NCBI GenBank assembly: GCA_014799575.1
Contig: JAAVHS010000003.1
Coordinates: 35,483 to 99,482, forward strand
Source of the DNA: Clostridiales bacterium
Lineage (GTDB): Bacteria > Bacillota > Clostridia > Christensenellales > UBA3700
DNA length: 64,000 nucleotides
Direction of reading: 5' to 3'
Shown here: positions 17,718-27,533 of the stretch, piece after piece
How positions within the stretch are numbered: position 1 is the stretch's first letter
Layout of the letters: each line of letters starts with the position of its first letter
The notes under the pieces: generated by a model
Told to the model about the DNA's origin: nothing
What the model saw: only the letters and a program-made list of their open reading frames with translations
Database searches by the model: none
Position numbers and translations under genes: made by a program

Positions 17718-18590
17718 TTATTTATAATTCGTTAAACGAAATGAAAGATATCCTTCTTGATTGTCGCTCTCGCGTACAATAACATAATCTCTTCCCAACA
17801 TACGCATTAACGCCGAAAGCAATCTTCCACCGCCTACTATGACGTTTCTGCGTTTTGGTTCTAAGCCGTTGACGTTCAATCTCTCTTCCATATCCAACGC
17901 GTGAATCTTTTTCGTCCATTCTTCGACGGCTTTGAGCGTCAATTTATAGTTGTCTACGACTTTTGGATTGTACTCTTTCATATTTTCATTCATTGCCACG
18001 AAAGTAGACGCCGTTCCCCCGATTGACAACAACTCGTCAAATTCGGGAATTTGACCGTACCCTTTGATTACGTCTGCGACATATTTATCTATCGCCGCGT
18101 AGTCTTCTTTGCAATTGTCGAATATCCTCACAAGACCTATCGGCATACTCTTGGCGTAAAAAAGTCCGCTTTCGTCGCCGACGGCAAGTTCCGTACTTGC
18201 TCCGCCGATATCCATTACGCAACATCTACCTTTGGTATATGCGCCTGTAAAGCCCAATTTCGCCTCGTCCTCGCTTGCTACGACGTCAACTGCAATTCCA
18301 CTAGACAAAAGCATTTGCAAAAAATCTGAGCGGTTTTGCGCGCTTCTGACGGCTTCCGTCGCAAATACGTAAATCTCTTCGCAACCGTTCCCCTTCGCTT
18401 CCTCGACAAAATCGACGACAGCCTTCGCTGTCTCAATCATTCTATCTTCGCTTAATTTACCCGTCAAAGCAAGTCCGCGACCTAATCCGGTCGTGTTTAT
18501 CTTCTTATATACACGCACCATATCGTCGCTGACAAGCAACCTAACCGAGTTTGAACCTATATCAATAATTCCGTATCTCATATTATCCAT
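17718..18590 (-). CDS. Ppx/GppA-family phosphatase (short, N-terminal-domain type)
   Basis: 290 aa. RYGIIDIGSNSVRLL and DIGGASTE are ASKHA-fold motifs typical of exopolyphosphatase/GppA. Confidence 0.8.
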   Translation of the reverse strand: MDNMRYGIIDIGSNSVRLLVSDDMVRVYKKINTTGLGRGLALTGKLSEDRMIETAKAVVDFVEEAKGNGCEEIYVFATEAVRSAQNRSDFLQMLLSSGIAVDVVASEDEAKLGFTGAYTKGRCCVMDIGGASTELAVGDESGLFYAKSMPIGLVRIFDNCKEDYAAIDKYVADVIKGYGQIPEFDELLSIGGTASTFVAMNENMKEYNPKVVDNYKLTLKAVEEWTKKIHALDMEERLNVNGLEPKRRNVIVGGGRLLSALMRMLGRDYVIVRESDNQEGYLSFRLTNYK

Positions 18591-18684
18591 TATATCCGAG
18601 CGCGTTCATCACGGCAAGTAAATCGTACAAATTGTCTTGATTTATAATAATTTTGACATTTTTTATTAAATTCAACAAATTTAG

Positions 18685-18713
18685 TTGACAACAATCAATA
18701 TTTATATTATATT
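18685..18713 (+). promoter_or_regulatory. Promoter of tRNA-Glu
   Basis: TTGACA (18685-18690), a 17-nt spacer, then TATATT (18708-18713). Confidence 0.5.
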
Positions 18714-18736
18714 TAACTAGCATTATTTATCAATAT

Positions 18737-18811
18737 GGCTCCATGGTCAAGCGGTTAAGACATCGCCCTTTCACGGCGGTAACTCGGGTTCGATTCCCGA
18801 TGGAGTCACCA
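18737..18811 (+). tRNA. tRNA-Glu (TTC)
   Basis: GGCTCCATGGTCAAGCGGTTAAGACATCGCCCTTTCACGGCGGTAACTCGGGTTCGATTCCCGATGGAGTCACCA. The anticodon loop is CTTTCAC. It closely resembles Bacillus-type tRNA-Glu. The track ORF 18743..18946 is spurious. Confidence 0.9.
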
Positions 18812-18818
18812 CGAAAAG

Positions 18819-18846
18819 CAACCGACAAATCGTCGGTTGTTTTTTT
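18819..18846 (+). terminator. Terminator after tRNA-Glu
   Basis: CAACCGACAAATCGTCGGTTG followed by TTTTTTT. Confidence 0.8.
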
Positions 18847-18934
18847 GTGCGCGACTTCTCGGGAATATGAACTACGTCACGAAGTGACGCAAGTTCGCTC
18901 AGCCGAGCAATCTCTAATAAAATTTCCCCATTCC

Positions 18935-18963
18935 TTGCAAAATTGAGCAAATTACTGTATAAT
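18935..18963 (+). promoter_or_regulatory. Consensus sigma-70 promoter of the Cys-rich membrane protein gene
   Basis: TTGCAA (18935-18940), a 17-nt spacer, then TATAAT (18958-18963). Confidence 0.6.
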
Positions 18964-19010
18964 ATATTTTGTAAGCGGTCTTGGACGTAGAGATTGCAAG
19001 AAGGGGAATT

Positions 19011-19784
19011 ATGAAACGCTCGAATATTTCAAAGACGACAACTTATCACTATATTAAATTGGCATGGCGCTCACTCTTGTTGTTGACCGTGCTGATAGTA
19101 TATATTGTCAATAAAGTGCAATCCCCTCAATCCGACTTGTCGTTTGAGAAATTTACGTCAAACGCATACGTTATGGCGATATTGATTGCAATCTGGGCAA
19201 TCTTCGTCATTGAAATACTATTGAGATTTTTCCCATCAAAGATTGAGAGTATGGGTTGCCAAAAGCAATTCAAACGCAACTATATCCCCAAAGAACCCGA
19301 GGTATCGCCAAACAAGCAATCGGGTTGGAGAACGTTCGCCGTGTTCGCTGCTTGGATTGCGCTCAATGCGATATTCGTAACTCTCTACTTTACGCACATT
19401 ATCGACAGCGGAATAATGATAATTATCAGTCTATTCTACTCTGTGTGCGATATGATTTGCATATTGTTTTTCTGTCCTTTCCAAACTTGGTTTATGAAAA
19501 ACCGCTGCTGCGTTTCGTGTAGAATATACAACTGGGATTTCGCAATGATGTTTACTCCAGTCGTGTTTATAAAAAATGTGTTCTGCATTTCAATATTTGC
19601 GCTCGCTGTGCTACTTTTACTCGAATGGGAGATTTTATACCGCAAGTTCCCCGAACGCTTTTGCCGTAACACCAACGAAACGCTCTCTTGCGCCAACTGC
19701 AAAGAAAAGTTGTGCAAGCATAAAAAGCAATTACAAAGTTTTATCAAAAAAATCAATATTATTGAAAAGCGTAAAAATCAGTAA
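19011..19784 (+). CDS. Polytopic membrane protein with Cys-rich motifs, function unknown
   Basis: I chose the ATG at 19011, after AAGGGGA, over the TTG at 18981. It has ~5 TM helices, CPFQTWFMKNRCCVSCRIYNW, and a C-terminal CRNTNETLSCANCKEKLC. Confidence 0.55.
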   Translation: MKRSNISKTTTYHYIKLAWRSLLLLTVLIVYIVNKVQSPQSDLSFEKFTSNAYVMAILIAIWAIFVIEILLRFFPSKIESMGCQKQFKRNYIPKEPEVSPNKQSGWRTFAVFAAWIALNAIFVTLYFTHIIDSGIMIIISLFYSVCDMICILFFCPFQTWFMKNRCCVSCRIYNWDFAMMFTPVVFIKNVFCISIFALAVLLLLEWEILYRKFPERFCRNTNETLSCANCKEKLCKHKKQLQSFIKKINIIEKRKNQ

Positions 19785-20230
19785 CCCAACTTCTTCACCA
19801 ACGCGTCGCAACCTGCCTTGATATCTTCGTAGGTCTTGTCGAAATCGCCAGTATACCATGGGTCGGCGACGTCGTCAGATGAGCCTATGAATTCAAGCAT
19901 AGAATGGATTTTGCGTTCGCTGTCGCTGCCGAAGATTTTGATCATATTGACGAGATTGTAGGAATCCATACCGATAAACATATCGTATTTGTCGTAATCG
20001 TCTTTGCGAAGACGGGTGGCAGTCTTGCCTGCGCAACTTATGCCGAATTCGGCGAGTTTTGCGCGCGTGCCTCTATGCACGGGATTGCCTAATTCCTCGC
20101 AACTCGTTGCGCTAGACGCTATGAAAAAGTCACTTTCTTTGCCAAGTTTTTTTACTATGTCTTTGAGTACGAATTCCGCCATAGGTGAACGACATATATT
20201 TCCATGGCAAACAAACATAATTCTGTGCAT
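19778..20230 (-). CDS. Low-molecular-weight protein-tyrosine phosphatase
   Basis: 150 aa with the P-loop VCHGNICRSP (CX5R-S) at the N-terminus and the DPWY/DP acid loop. Confidence 0.9.
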   Translation of the reverse strand: MHRIMFVCHGNICRSPMAEFVLKDIVKKLGKESDFFIASSATSCEELGNPVHRGTRAKLAEFGISCAGKTATRLRKDDYDKYDMFIGMDSYNLVNMIKIFGSDSERKIHSMLEFIGSSDDVADPWYTGDFDKTYEDIKAGCDALVKKLGY

Positions 20231-20231
20231 T

Positions 20232-20966
20232 TTAATACTCCACTTTGTACAAATACAATCCGCAAGGCTCTAAGGTCTTGCCCGTGCCGACGTGCTTCTT
20301 TGAATTTATGATTTCGGGAATATCTTCGAGCGCAATTCTGCCTCGACCGACATCAATCAACGTACCTGCGATTATGCGTACCATATTATGCAAAAAGCCG
20401 TTTCCGCTAATCCAAATATTCAAGTCTTCGCCATTTTGTTCGACCTGCAAAGAATATATCTGCCTGACGGTGTTTTGCTTTTCCTCATCGGCAAGCATAA
20501 ACGCCCTGAAATCGTGTTCGCCTACGAAATACTTACAAGCGTCTTGCATTTTACTTACGTCCAAATCGTAAAAGCAAATATGACCATATCTTCTCTTCAA
20601 CGGCGAATGGATCTTTGATAGACAAATCTTGTATAAATACGTCTTGCTTTTCGCGTCAAACCTTGCGTGAAAATTGTCGCCGACTTTTACGCACGACGTA
20701 ATAGCAATATCCTTTGGCAGTAGCGTGTTTAGGCTATACCCGAAAGTAGCCGTATCAAATTCTTTATCGGTATCGAAATGCGCGACTTGCGCGATAGCGT
20801 GTACTCCTGCGTCGGTACGACCGCTCGCTTGTACGGTAATCTCTTCTTGGAATCTTTTTGCCAAAGCCTCTTCCAGCGCGCTTTGTACGGTGGGCAAATT
20901 GGGTTGTCTTTGAAAGCCGTAATATTCGCTACCGTCATAACAAAGAGTAAGTTTGTATCTTGCCAT
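20232..20966 (-). CDS. truA: tRNA pseudouridine(38-40) synthase TruA
   Basis: 244 aa with YDGSEYYGFQRQ and the catalytic-Asp motif GRTDAGVHA. It is in the classic position after ecfT. Confidence 0.9.
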   Translation of the reverse strand: MARYKLTLCYDGSEYYGFQRQPNLPTVQSALEEALAKRFQEEITVQASGRTDAGVHAIAQVAHFDTDKEFDTATFGYSLNTLLPKDIAITSCVKVGDNFHARFDAKSKTYLYKICLSKIHSPLKRRYGHICFYDLDVSKMQDACKYFVGEHDFRAFMLADEEKQNTVRQIYSLQVEQNGEDLNIWISGNGFLHNMVRIIAGTLIDVGRGRIALEDIPEIINSKKHVGTGKTLEPCGLYLYKVEY

Positions 20967-21856
20967 TATCTACCTACTCTGTAAAGAATATTGTAAATGA
21001 AAATATCAAGTCCCGAAACGTCAAAGCCGTTCAAATCGGGCGCGGTGACAAAACTGCCCACGTAATATTTATCAAGCATAATTGCAGTCATTACTATGGC
21101 AAATCCTACGAACACGAATATGTCGCCCGCTTTCACTTTGAAGACCTTCAATTTGGTACGCGTAGGCGAGGCGTTGTAGCATCTTGCGTCGAGCGCGTCG
21201 GCAAGTTCGTCCGCCCTTCTAAACGCGCTTACAAATAGAGGAATAAGCACCGGCAACATCGCCTTTATTTTCTTGAACAAATTACCGCTGTCGAGGTTTG
21301 CTCCTCTCGCTTTTTGCGCCATCATAATTTTATCCGTCTCTTCGACAAGTCCCGGGATAAAACGCAATGCGATTGACATTATTATAGCGAGGTCGTGGAC
21401 GGGAATTTTTATGAGTTTCAAAGGTTTGAGCAAGTATTCGAGCGCGTCGGTAAGTTCCGTCGGCGTGGTCGTCAAAGTAAGCAATGAAGACCCCAATACC
21501 AACAGCGTAAAACGCAACGCCATTTTTATTGCAAAGTTTATGCCCTGATCGGTGATTACCAATAATTTGGTAGTGATAAGCGCATTGCCTGACGACGTGA
21601 AAAAGATATTAAGCAATGCAGTAAAAATCAATAAAACCAAAATACCTTTTATCGATTTGAGCACTGTCTTGTAAGGCACTTGCGAAATTAAAATCGAAAC
21701 AGTAAGCAAGAAGAACATAAACGCAAATGCGGTATAAGACACGATAAAAAACACCGTTACCATAAAAAGCAAGGTGACCAGAATTTTTATTCTGGCGTCA
21801 ATATTATGAATCACGGAATTGACCGGATAATACTGTCCGAAAGAAATATCTCTCAT
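20966..21856 (-). CDS. ecfT: ECF transporter transmembrane (T) component
   Basis: 296 aa. It is multi-TM with ARG-type coupling helices (AQKARGANL, RRADELADALDARC). It overlaps truA by 1 nt and ecfA2 by 4 nt. Confidence 0.85.
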   Translation of the reverse strand: MRDISFGQYYPVNSVIHNIDARIKILVTLLFMVTVFFIVSYTAFAFMFFLLTVSILISQVPYKTVLKSIKGILVLLIFTALLNIFFTSSGNALITTKLLVITDQGINFAIKMALRFTLLVLGSSLLTLTTTPTELTDALEYLLKPLKLIKIPVHDLAIIMSIALRFIPGLVEETDKIMMAQKARGANLDSGNLFKKIKAMLPVLIPLFVSAFRRADELADALDARCYNASPTRTKLKVFKVKAGDIFVFVGFAIVMTAIMLDKYYVGSFVTAPDLNGFDVSGLDIFIYNILYRVGR

Positions 21857-22914
21857 TCCTTTCCCCTCTTGCTCCTTTTTTGTTTTTTATCTTCGTCTAT
21901 CGACTTGCTTTTAGACTTTTTGGTATGCTTGTCCTCTTCTTTAATCGGTCGCTCGATTCCTTCCAATTCCGCGCGCTCTTCCGAGGTAAGCCATTTTTGT
22001 GAAAAATCGTACATATCGAACACGCACGAATCTTTGTCTATTTGCGTGCCGTGTTTTTGATTGTATCTCTCTACAATCGCCGCCATAAGGTCCTCGGCAG
22101 TGACGATTTCATCTCCCAAATCCACGCCTCTGTCGCGAAGCGCGTTGGCAATCTTCACCGCTCTGGGAATATCAAGTCCCATATTTTGCAACTGAATAGA
22201 ATGCTTGAAGAGCTGTTGCATAGGCTCGTCGTAGACGATACGCGAGTCGTTGAACACGACGATTCTATTTGCAAATCGCGTAATCTCGTCAATGTCGTGC
22301 GATATGACGACGATTGTCGGCGAGCAGTGCGTCTTCAAATACTTGATAAGATTGAGTATCTGTTCCTTGCCGAATGGGTCAAGTCCCGCGGTCGGCTCGT
22401 CGAGTATGAGCATTTTTGGACGCATAGCGATAATTCCCGCGATTGCGACTCTTCTCTTTTGACCGCCCGAAAGTTCAAACGGCGCTCTGTCCTTTACCGC
22501 CTCGTAATCGAGACCGACCATCTCGATTGCCTGTCTTACGCGAGACGAAACTTCTTCCGCGCTCAATCCTAAGTTCTTAGGTCCGAAAGCGACGTCCTTT
22601 TCCACCGTATCGGCGAAGAGCTGATATTCGGGATATTGGAACACCATGCCCACTTGACTTCTCAAAGCGCGCAAGTTGACTTTGGGTCGCTTTTGCGAAG
22701 TAAGTTTGAAATCAAAGAGTTGAATTTCGCCCTCTTGCGGTTTGATAAGTCCGTTAAGATGCTGGATAAAGGTGGATTTTCCGCTTCCGGTATGACCGAT
22801 GATGCCGAGAAAATCGCCTTCGTTGATTTGCAGATTTATATTGTAGAGCGCCTTTCTCTCATAAGGCGTATTTGCGCTGTAAGTAAAAGAGAGATTTTTC
22901 ACAATAATTGGCAT
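21853..22914 (-). CDS. ecfA2: ECF transporter ATPase EcfA2, with a Lys/Glu-rich C-terminal tail
   Basis: It has Walker A GHTGSGKST, the signature LSGGQKRRVAIAG and Walker B ILDEPTAGLD. A ~70-aa charged extension follows. Confidence 0.85.
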   Translation of the reverse strand: MPIIVKNLSFTYSANTPYERKALYNINLQINEGDFLGIIGHTGSGKSTFIQHLNGLIKPQEGEIQLFDFKLTSQKRPKVNLRALRSQVGMVFQYPEYQLFADTVEKDVAFGPKNLGLSAEEVSSRVRQAIEMVGLDYEAVKDRAPFELSGGQKRRVAIAGIIAMRPKMLILDEPTAGLDPFGKEQILNLIKYLKTHCSPTIVVISHDIDEITRFANRIVVFNDSRIVYDEPMQQLFKHSIQLQNMGLDIPRAVKIANALRDRGVDLGDEIVTAEDLMAAIVERYNQKHGTQIDKDSCVFDMYDFSQKWLTSEERAELEGIERPIKEEDKHTKKSKSKSIDEDKKQKRSKRGKE

Positions 22915-23732
22915 ATTCTATCCGTCAACTCCTCGTCTTTTACTATTCCCTCGCCTACGTCGATACCCACTTTCTTCAAAGAGATAGCAAGTTGCGTTTC
23001 CCACGGCACTGTTAATTTAATCGCCTTGAGTTCATCATAGCGTTTGAACACTTCCTCGGGCGTATCGTCGAACGCGATTTTGCCGTTGTCGAGGACTATC
23101 AGTCTGTCCGCATTAAGCGCTTCTTCCATAAAGTGCGTAATATGGATAACGGTGATACCGTCTTGCTTGTTGAGTTCGTGCGCGACTTTGAGCACTTCGC
23201 TGCGACCTTTTGGGTCTAACATTGCCGTCGACTCGTCAAGCACGAGTATTTTGGGAAGTATCGCCAAAACGCCCGCAATGGCAAGACGCTGTTTCTGACC
23301 TCCGCTCATTTTGAATGGCGTGTTTTTGCGATAATCCAACATACCGACTTTGGACAGCGCCCATTCCACTCTACGCTCGATTTCGCTTCTCTCAATACCC
23401 AAATTCTCAGGTCCGAAAGCTATATCGTCCTCGACAATCGAGGCTATCATTTGGTTGTCAGGGTTTTGGAAGACCATACCCACGCTTTTGCGAATATCGT
23501 AAATCTTGTCGACGTCCAAAGTGGAATTGCCGAAAATCTTTACCTCGCCGCTAGTAGGCAAAAGCAGTCCGTTGAGAAGTTTCGCAAGCGTGCTTTTTCC
23601 GCTTCCGTTGTGACCTACGAGCGCAACGAACGTACCCTCTTCGATATGCAAAGAAAGGTCTTTTATCGCATCTACGCGATAAGCGTCGTTTACGTTGTAT
23701 GAATAAGTCACGTGATCCAACTCAACTGCCAT
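22899..23732 (-). CDS. ecfA1: ECF transporter ATPase EcfA1
   Basis: I chose the ATG at 23732 (MAVELDHVTYSY), because the 20 upstream track codons look non-coding. It has GHNGSGKST, MSGGQKQRLAIAG and LDESTAMLD. Confidence 0.85.
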   Translation of the reverse strand: MAVELDHVTYSYNVNDAYRVDAIKDLSLHIEEGTFVALVGHNGSGKSTLAKLLNGLLLPTSGEVKIFGNSTLDVDKIYDIRKSVGMVFQNPDNQMIASIVEDDIAFGPENLGIERSEIERRVEWALSKVGMLDYRKNTPFKMSGGQKQRLAIAGVLAILPKILVLDESTAMLDPKGRSEVLKVAHELNKQDGITVIHITHFMEEALNADRLIVLDNGKIAFDDTPEEVFKRYDELKAIKLTVPWETQLAISLKKVGIDVGEGIVKDEELTDRICQLL

Positions 23733-23904
23733 ATATAGCAAACACCCAAAATAATTTTTTTGTATTATATCACATAAATGAAAAAAAAACAATCCTTTTG
23801 CAAGCCAAACCTATGCAAAATCTTGCAACAAAATTATTGACTATATAAAGTATATTATATTATAATAATTTAAAAGAAAATAATCCTATACGGAGGTATA
23901 CATA

Positions 23905-26900
23905 ATGAGTAAGAAAATGACTATTGACGGTAATACCGCCGCTGCTCACGTCGCGTACGCGTTCAGTGAAGTTGCTGCAATTTACCCTATCACACCTTCC
24001 TCTCCTATGGCAGAAAACTGCGACGAGTGGGCTACCGCAGGAAGAAAGAATATTTTCGGTCAAGTACTTAAACTTGCCGAGATGCAATCGGAAGCAGGCG
24101 CGGCAGGCGCGGTACACGGCTCCTTGATGGCAGGCGCGTTGACGACGACGTTTACGGCAAGCCAAGGATTGCTTTTGATGATTCCGAATATGTACAAGAT
24201 AGCCGGCGAATTGACACCTTGCGTATTCCACGTCAGCGCGCGCGCTTTGGCTTACCACGCGCTCAACATTTTCGGCGACCACTCGGACGTAATGGCTTGC
24301 CGTCAAACGGGATTTGCAATGCTCTGCTCCAACTCTGTTCAGGAAGTTATGGACTTGGCCCTCGTTTCGCACTTGGCTACTTTGAAAGCTAAAGTTCCGT
24401 TTATGCACTTCTTCGACGGTTTCAGAACCTCGCACGAAGTATCCAAAATCGAAGTTATCGACTATGCCGATATGAAGGGTATCGTCGACAAGAAATATAT
24501 GAAATATATCGACGAATTCAAGAAGCGTTCGCTCAACCCCGAGCATCCTGTACAAAAAGGTACGGCTCAAAATCCGGATATCTATTTCCAAAACCGCGAG
24601 GCTTGCAACGGCTATTACAACGCTGTTCCTCAAATCGTTGAGGAGGCTATGGAAGACGTAAAGTCCATCACGGGTCGCGAATACAAGCCTTATCAATACT
24701 ATGGCGCGGCAGACGCCGAGTCGATTATCGTAATCATGGGTAGCGGCGCGGAAGCAGTCAGCGAAACTGTAGATTACCTCAACGCTAAGGGTGGCAAGTA
24801 CGGCGTACTCAAAGTCAGACTTTTCCGTCCGTTTGCCGCTAGTATGTTTGCAAACGCTATACCTGCAAGCGTAAAGAGAATCGCAGTACTCGACAGAGTA
24901 AAAGAATGCGGTAGCGCGGGCGAACCTCTCTATCTTGACGTAGTGACCGCTCTCAACGAAGCAGGCAGAAAAGATATCGTCGTAACGGGCGGTAGATACG
25001 GCTTGGGCAGCAAAGAGTTTACTCCGTCTATGGTCAACGCTATCTATAAGAATATGGAAAGCAAAGACGCTAAAAATCACTTCACCGTCGGTATCGTAGA
25101 CGACGTAACCGGCACTTCAATCGAAGTAACCGAAAAGATTGATGCATCCGCAAAGGGCGCTATCTCCTGCAAGTTCTACGGACTTGGCTCCGATGGTACT
25201 GTCGGCAGCAACAAGAACTCTATCAAGATTATCGGCGACTACACCGAAAAGTACGCTCAAGCGTATTTTGCATACGACTCCAAAAAGTCGGGCGGTATCA
25301 CCGTATCTCACTTGAGATTCGGCGACACTCCTATAAGAAGTTCCTACCTCATCGACCAAGCGGACTTCGTGGCTTGTCACAATCCTTCGTACGTACTCAA
25401 ATACGATATGATTTCCGACCTTAAAGACGGCGGCACTTTCTTGCTCAACTCGCCTTGGTCGCTCAAAGAAATGGAAAAGCAACTTCCTGCTAAGATGAAG
25501 AACATGATTGCTAAAAAGCACATCAAATTCTACAACATCGACGCAATCAAGGTTGTTACCCAAATCGGTCTTGGCAACCGTATATCCACGACGATGCAAG
25601 CTTGCTTCTTCAAACTTGCAAACGTAATCGACTATGCGGAAGCTGACAAACACATGAAAGAATTCGTTGTTAAATCCTTCTCCAAGAAGGGCGAGAAAGT
25701 CGTAAATATGAACTTTGCCGCGATTGACAACGCTATCGCTAATATCGAAGAAGTAAACTACCCCGAGTCTTGGGCAACCACGACCGACGGCGCAGTAGTC
25801 AAGCCCGTCACCAAAGACGCTTACTTCACGAACATCATTGCTCCTATCCTTGCGCAAGAAGGCGACAAACTTCCTGTTTCCGCATTCGTAGACCACGCAG
25901 ACGGCACCGTTCCGACGGGTACGACGAAATTCGAAAAGCGCGGTATTGCAGTAAACGTTCCGCAATGGATAAAAGAAAACTGCTTGCAATGTAATCAATG
26001 CTCTTTCGTATGTCCTCACGCTTGTATCATACCTGTGGCTCAAAAGGCTGACGCTCTTGAAAAAGCTCCGAAGACTTTCGAGACCGTACCTATGAAAAAT
26101 CCAAAGGCGAAAGACTACGAATTCAGAGTACAGGTTTCTCCGCTCGATTGCTCGGGTTGCGGAAACTGCGCAAACATCTGTCCTGCAAAGGAAAAGGCTT
26201 TGAAAATGGTTCCGCTTGCAGACGCGCTTGCAAACGGCGAAAGCAAGAACTGGGAATTTGCCGACAAGCTTGACGAAAGCGACGTACCAATCGCAAGAGA
26301 CAGCGTAATCGGAAGCCAATTCAACCGCTCGCTCTTTGAATTCTCTGGCGCATGCGCAGGTTGCGGCGAAACTCCTTACCTCAAAGTCATCACACAACTT
26401 TACGGCGATAGAATGATCGTTGCCAACGCTACGGGTTGTTCGTCAATCTACGGCGGCTCTGCTCCGACCTGTCCTTATAGCAAAAACAAGAAGGGCGAAG
26501 GTCCTGCATGGGCAAACAGCCTCTTCGAAGACAACGCTGAATTCGGTTTCGGTATGCTTACCGCTACCAACCAACGTAGGGTTAAACTTATGGAAGATAT
26601 GGAAGCCGTCATGGCTCTCGGCGTAAGCGAAGACCTCTCCGCTAAGTTCACCGCTTGGATGAAGACGTACAACGACGCTATCTCCAACAAGAAAGCAAGT
26701 CAAGATATCAAAGACGTAATCGCTGCGGCTGTTAAGGCTGAAAAAGACAGCGAGAAGAAGGCTTTGCTCAACAATATAGCAAAGAACGCAGACTGTCTCG
26801 TCAAGAAGTCCGTTTGGGCATTCGGCGGCGACGGCTGGGCTTACGATATCGGCTACGGCGGTCTTGACCACGTACTCGCTCAAGGACAAAATATTAACGT

Positions 26901-27444
26901 TGTCGTACTCGACACGGAAGTATACTCCAACACGGGCGGTCAAGCGTCCAAGTCCTCGCCTACAGGCGCAGTCGCTAAGTTCGCTGCCGGCGGTAAAGTG
27001 ACGAAGAAAAAGGACCTCGGAAAGATGGCAATGAGCTACGGCTACGTATACGTCGCTCAAGTCGCTATGGGCGCAAATATGAATCAATACATCAAGGCTT
27101 TGAAAGAGGCTGAGGCTTACGACGGACCGTCGCTCATCATCTGCTACGCTCCTTGTATCAACCACGGTATCAATATGTCCAACTCGCAACTCGAAGAGAA
27201 GAGAGCCGTTGAGGCAGGATACTGGCAGTTGTATAGATACAACCCCGCTCTCGCAGAACAAGGCAAGAATCCGTTCACCCTTGACAGCAAAGAAGCTACT
27301 GCCGACTACAAAGAATTCTTGCTCGGCGAAAACAGATACGCGCAACTTGCTAAATCCAAACCGCAAGTCGCTGAAAAGCTCTTCGCTATCAACGAAAAAG
27401 AAGCAAAGGAAAGATACGAAGGATACAAGAAACTCTCCGAGTAA
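23905..27444 (+). CDS. nifJ: Pyruvate:ferredoxin (flavodoxin) oxidoreductase, single-chain PFOR
   Basis: 1179 aa. It begins MTIDGNTAAAHVAYAFSEVAAIYPITPSS, has two 4Fe-4S ferredoxin motifs (CLQCNQCSFVCP and CSGCGNCANICP) and a TPP domain GGDGWAYDIGYGGLDH. A GGAGG RBS is present. Confidence 0.95.
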   Translation: MSKKMTIDGNTAAAHVAYAFSEVAAIYPITPSSPMAENCDEWATAGRKNIFGQVLKLAEMQSEAGAAGAVHGSLMAGALTTTFTASQGLLLMIPNMYKIAGELTPCVFHVSARALAYHALNIFGDHSDVMACRQTGFAMLCSNSVQEVMDLALVSHLATLKAKVPFMHFFDGFRTSHEVSKIEVIDYADMKGIVDKKYMKYIDEFKKRSLNPEHPVQKGTAQNPDIYFQNREACNGYYNAVPQIVEEAMEDVKSITGREYKPYQYYGAADAESIIVIMGSGAEAVSETVDYLNAKGGKYGVLKVRLFRPFAASMFANAIPASVKRIAVLDRVKECGSAGEPLYLDVVTALNEAGRKDIVVTGGRYGLGSKEFTPSMVNAIYKNMESKDAKNHFTVGIVDDVTGTSIEVTEKIDASAKGAISCKFYGLGSDGTVGSNKNSIKIIGDYTEKYAQAYFAYDSKKSGGITVSHLRFGDTPIRSSYLIDQADFVACHNPSYVLKYDMISDLKDGGTFLLNSPWSLKEMEKQLPAKMKNMIAKKHIKFYNIDAIKVVTQIGLGNRISTTMQACFFKLANVIDYAEADKHMKEFVVKSFSKKGEKVVNMNFAAIDNAIANIEEVNYPESWATTTDGAVVKPVTKDAYFTNIIAPILAQEGDKLPVSAFVDHADGTVPTGTTKFEKRGIAVNVPQWIKENCLQCNQCSFVCPHACIIPVAQKADALEKAPKTFETVPMKNPKAKDYEFRVQVSPLDCSGCGNCANICPAKEKALKMVPLADALANGESKNWEFADKLDESDVPIARDSVIGSQFNRSLFEFSGACAGCGETPYLKVITQLYGDRMIVANATGCSSIYGGSAPTCPYSKNKKGEGPAWANSLFEDNAEFGFGMLTATNQRRVKLMEDMEAVMALGVSEDLSAKFTAWMKTYNDAISNKKASQDIKDVIAAAVKAEKDSEKKALLNNIAKNADCLVKKSVWAFGGDGWAYDIGYGGLDHVLAQGQNINVVVLDTEVYSNTGGQASKSSPTGAVAKFAAGGKVTKKKDLGKMAMSYGYVYVAQVAMGANMNQYIKALKEAEAYDGPSLIICYAPCINHGINMSNSQLEEKRAVEAGYWQLYRYNPALAEQGKNPFTLDSKEATADYKEFLLGENRYAQLAKSKPQVAEKLFAINEKEAKERYEGYKKLSE

Positions 27445-27474
27445 TCTTTTGTACAGCAAAATCAATGCAACAAT

Positions 27475-27501
27475 AAAAGGGAAGCAAACGCTTCCCTTTT
27501 T
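27475..27501. terminator. Bidirectional terminator between PFOR and the RNase III paralog
   Basis: AAAAGGGAAGCAAACGCTTCCCTTTTT. Confidence 0.8.
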
Positions 27502-27533
27502 GATTAACTACGTCTTTTCATATTTTCAATTTA

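Noticed and set aside
18743-18946. 67-aa ORF overlapping tRNA-Glu
   Set aside because: It starts inside the tRNA and runs through its terminator, so it is spurious.
21853-22080. Lys/Glu-rich C-terminal tails on EcfA2 (and on the DEAD-box helicase at 10496-10700) as possible novel domains
   Set aside because: These are low-complexity charged tails, which are common on such proteins. There is no repeat structure or motif to support a distinct function.
23860-27465. Three very long minus-strand ORFs (23860..25080, 25117..26397, 26443..27465) opposite PFOR
   Set aside because: They tile the antisense strand of a 1179-aa gene with unmistakable PFOR motifs. Their translations are low-complexity (R/V/F/C rich), without an SD or recognisable domains. 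They are shadow ORFs caused by codon bias.
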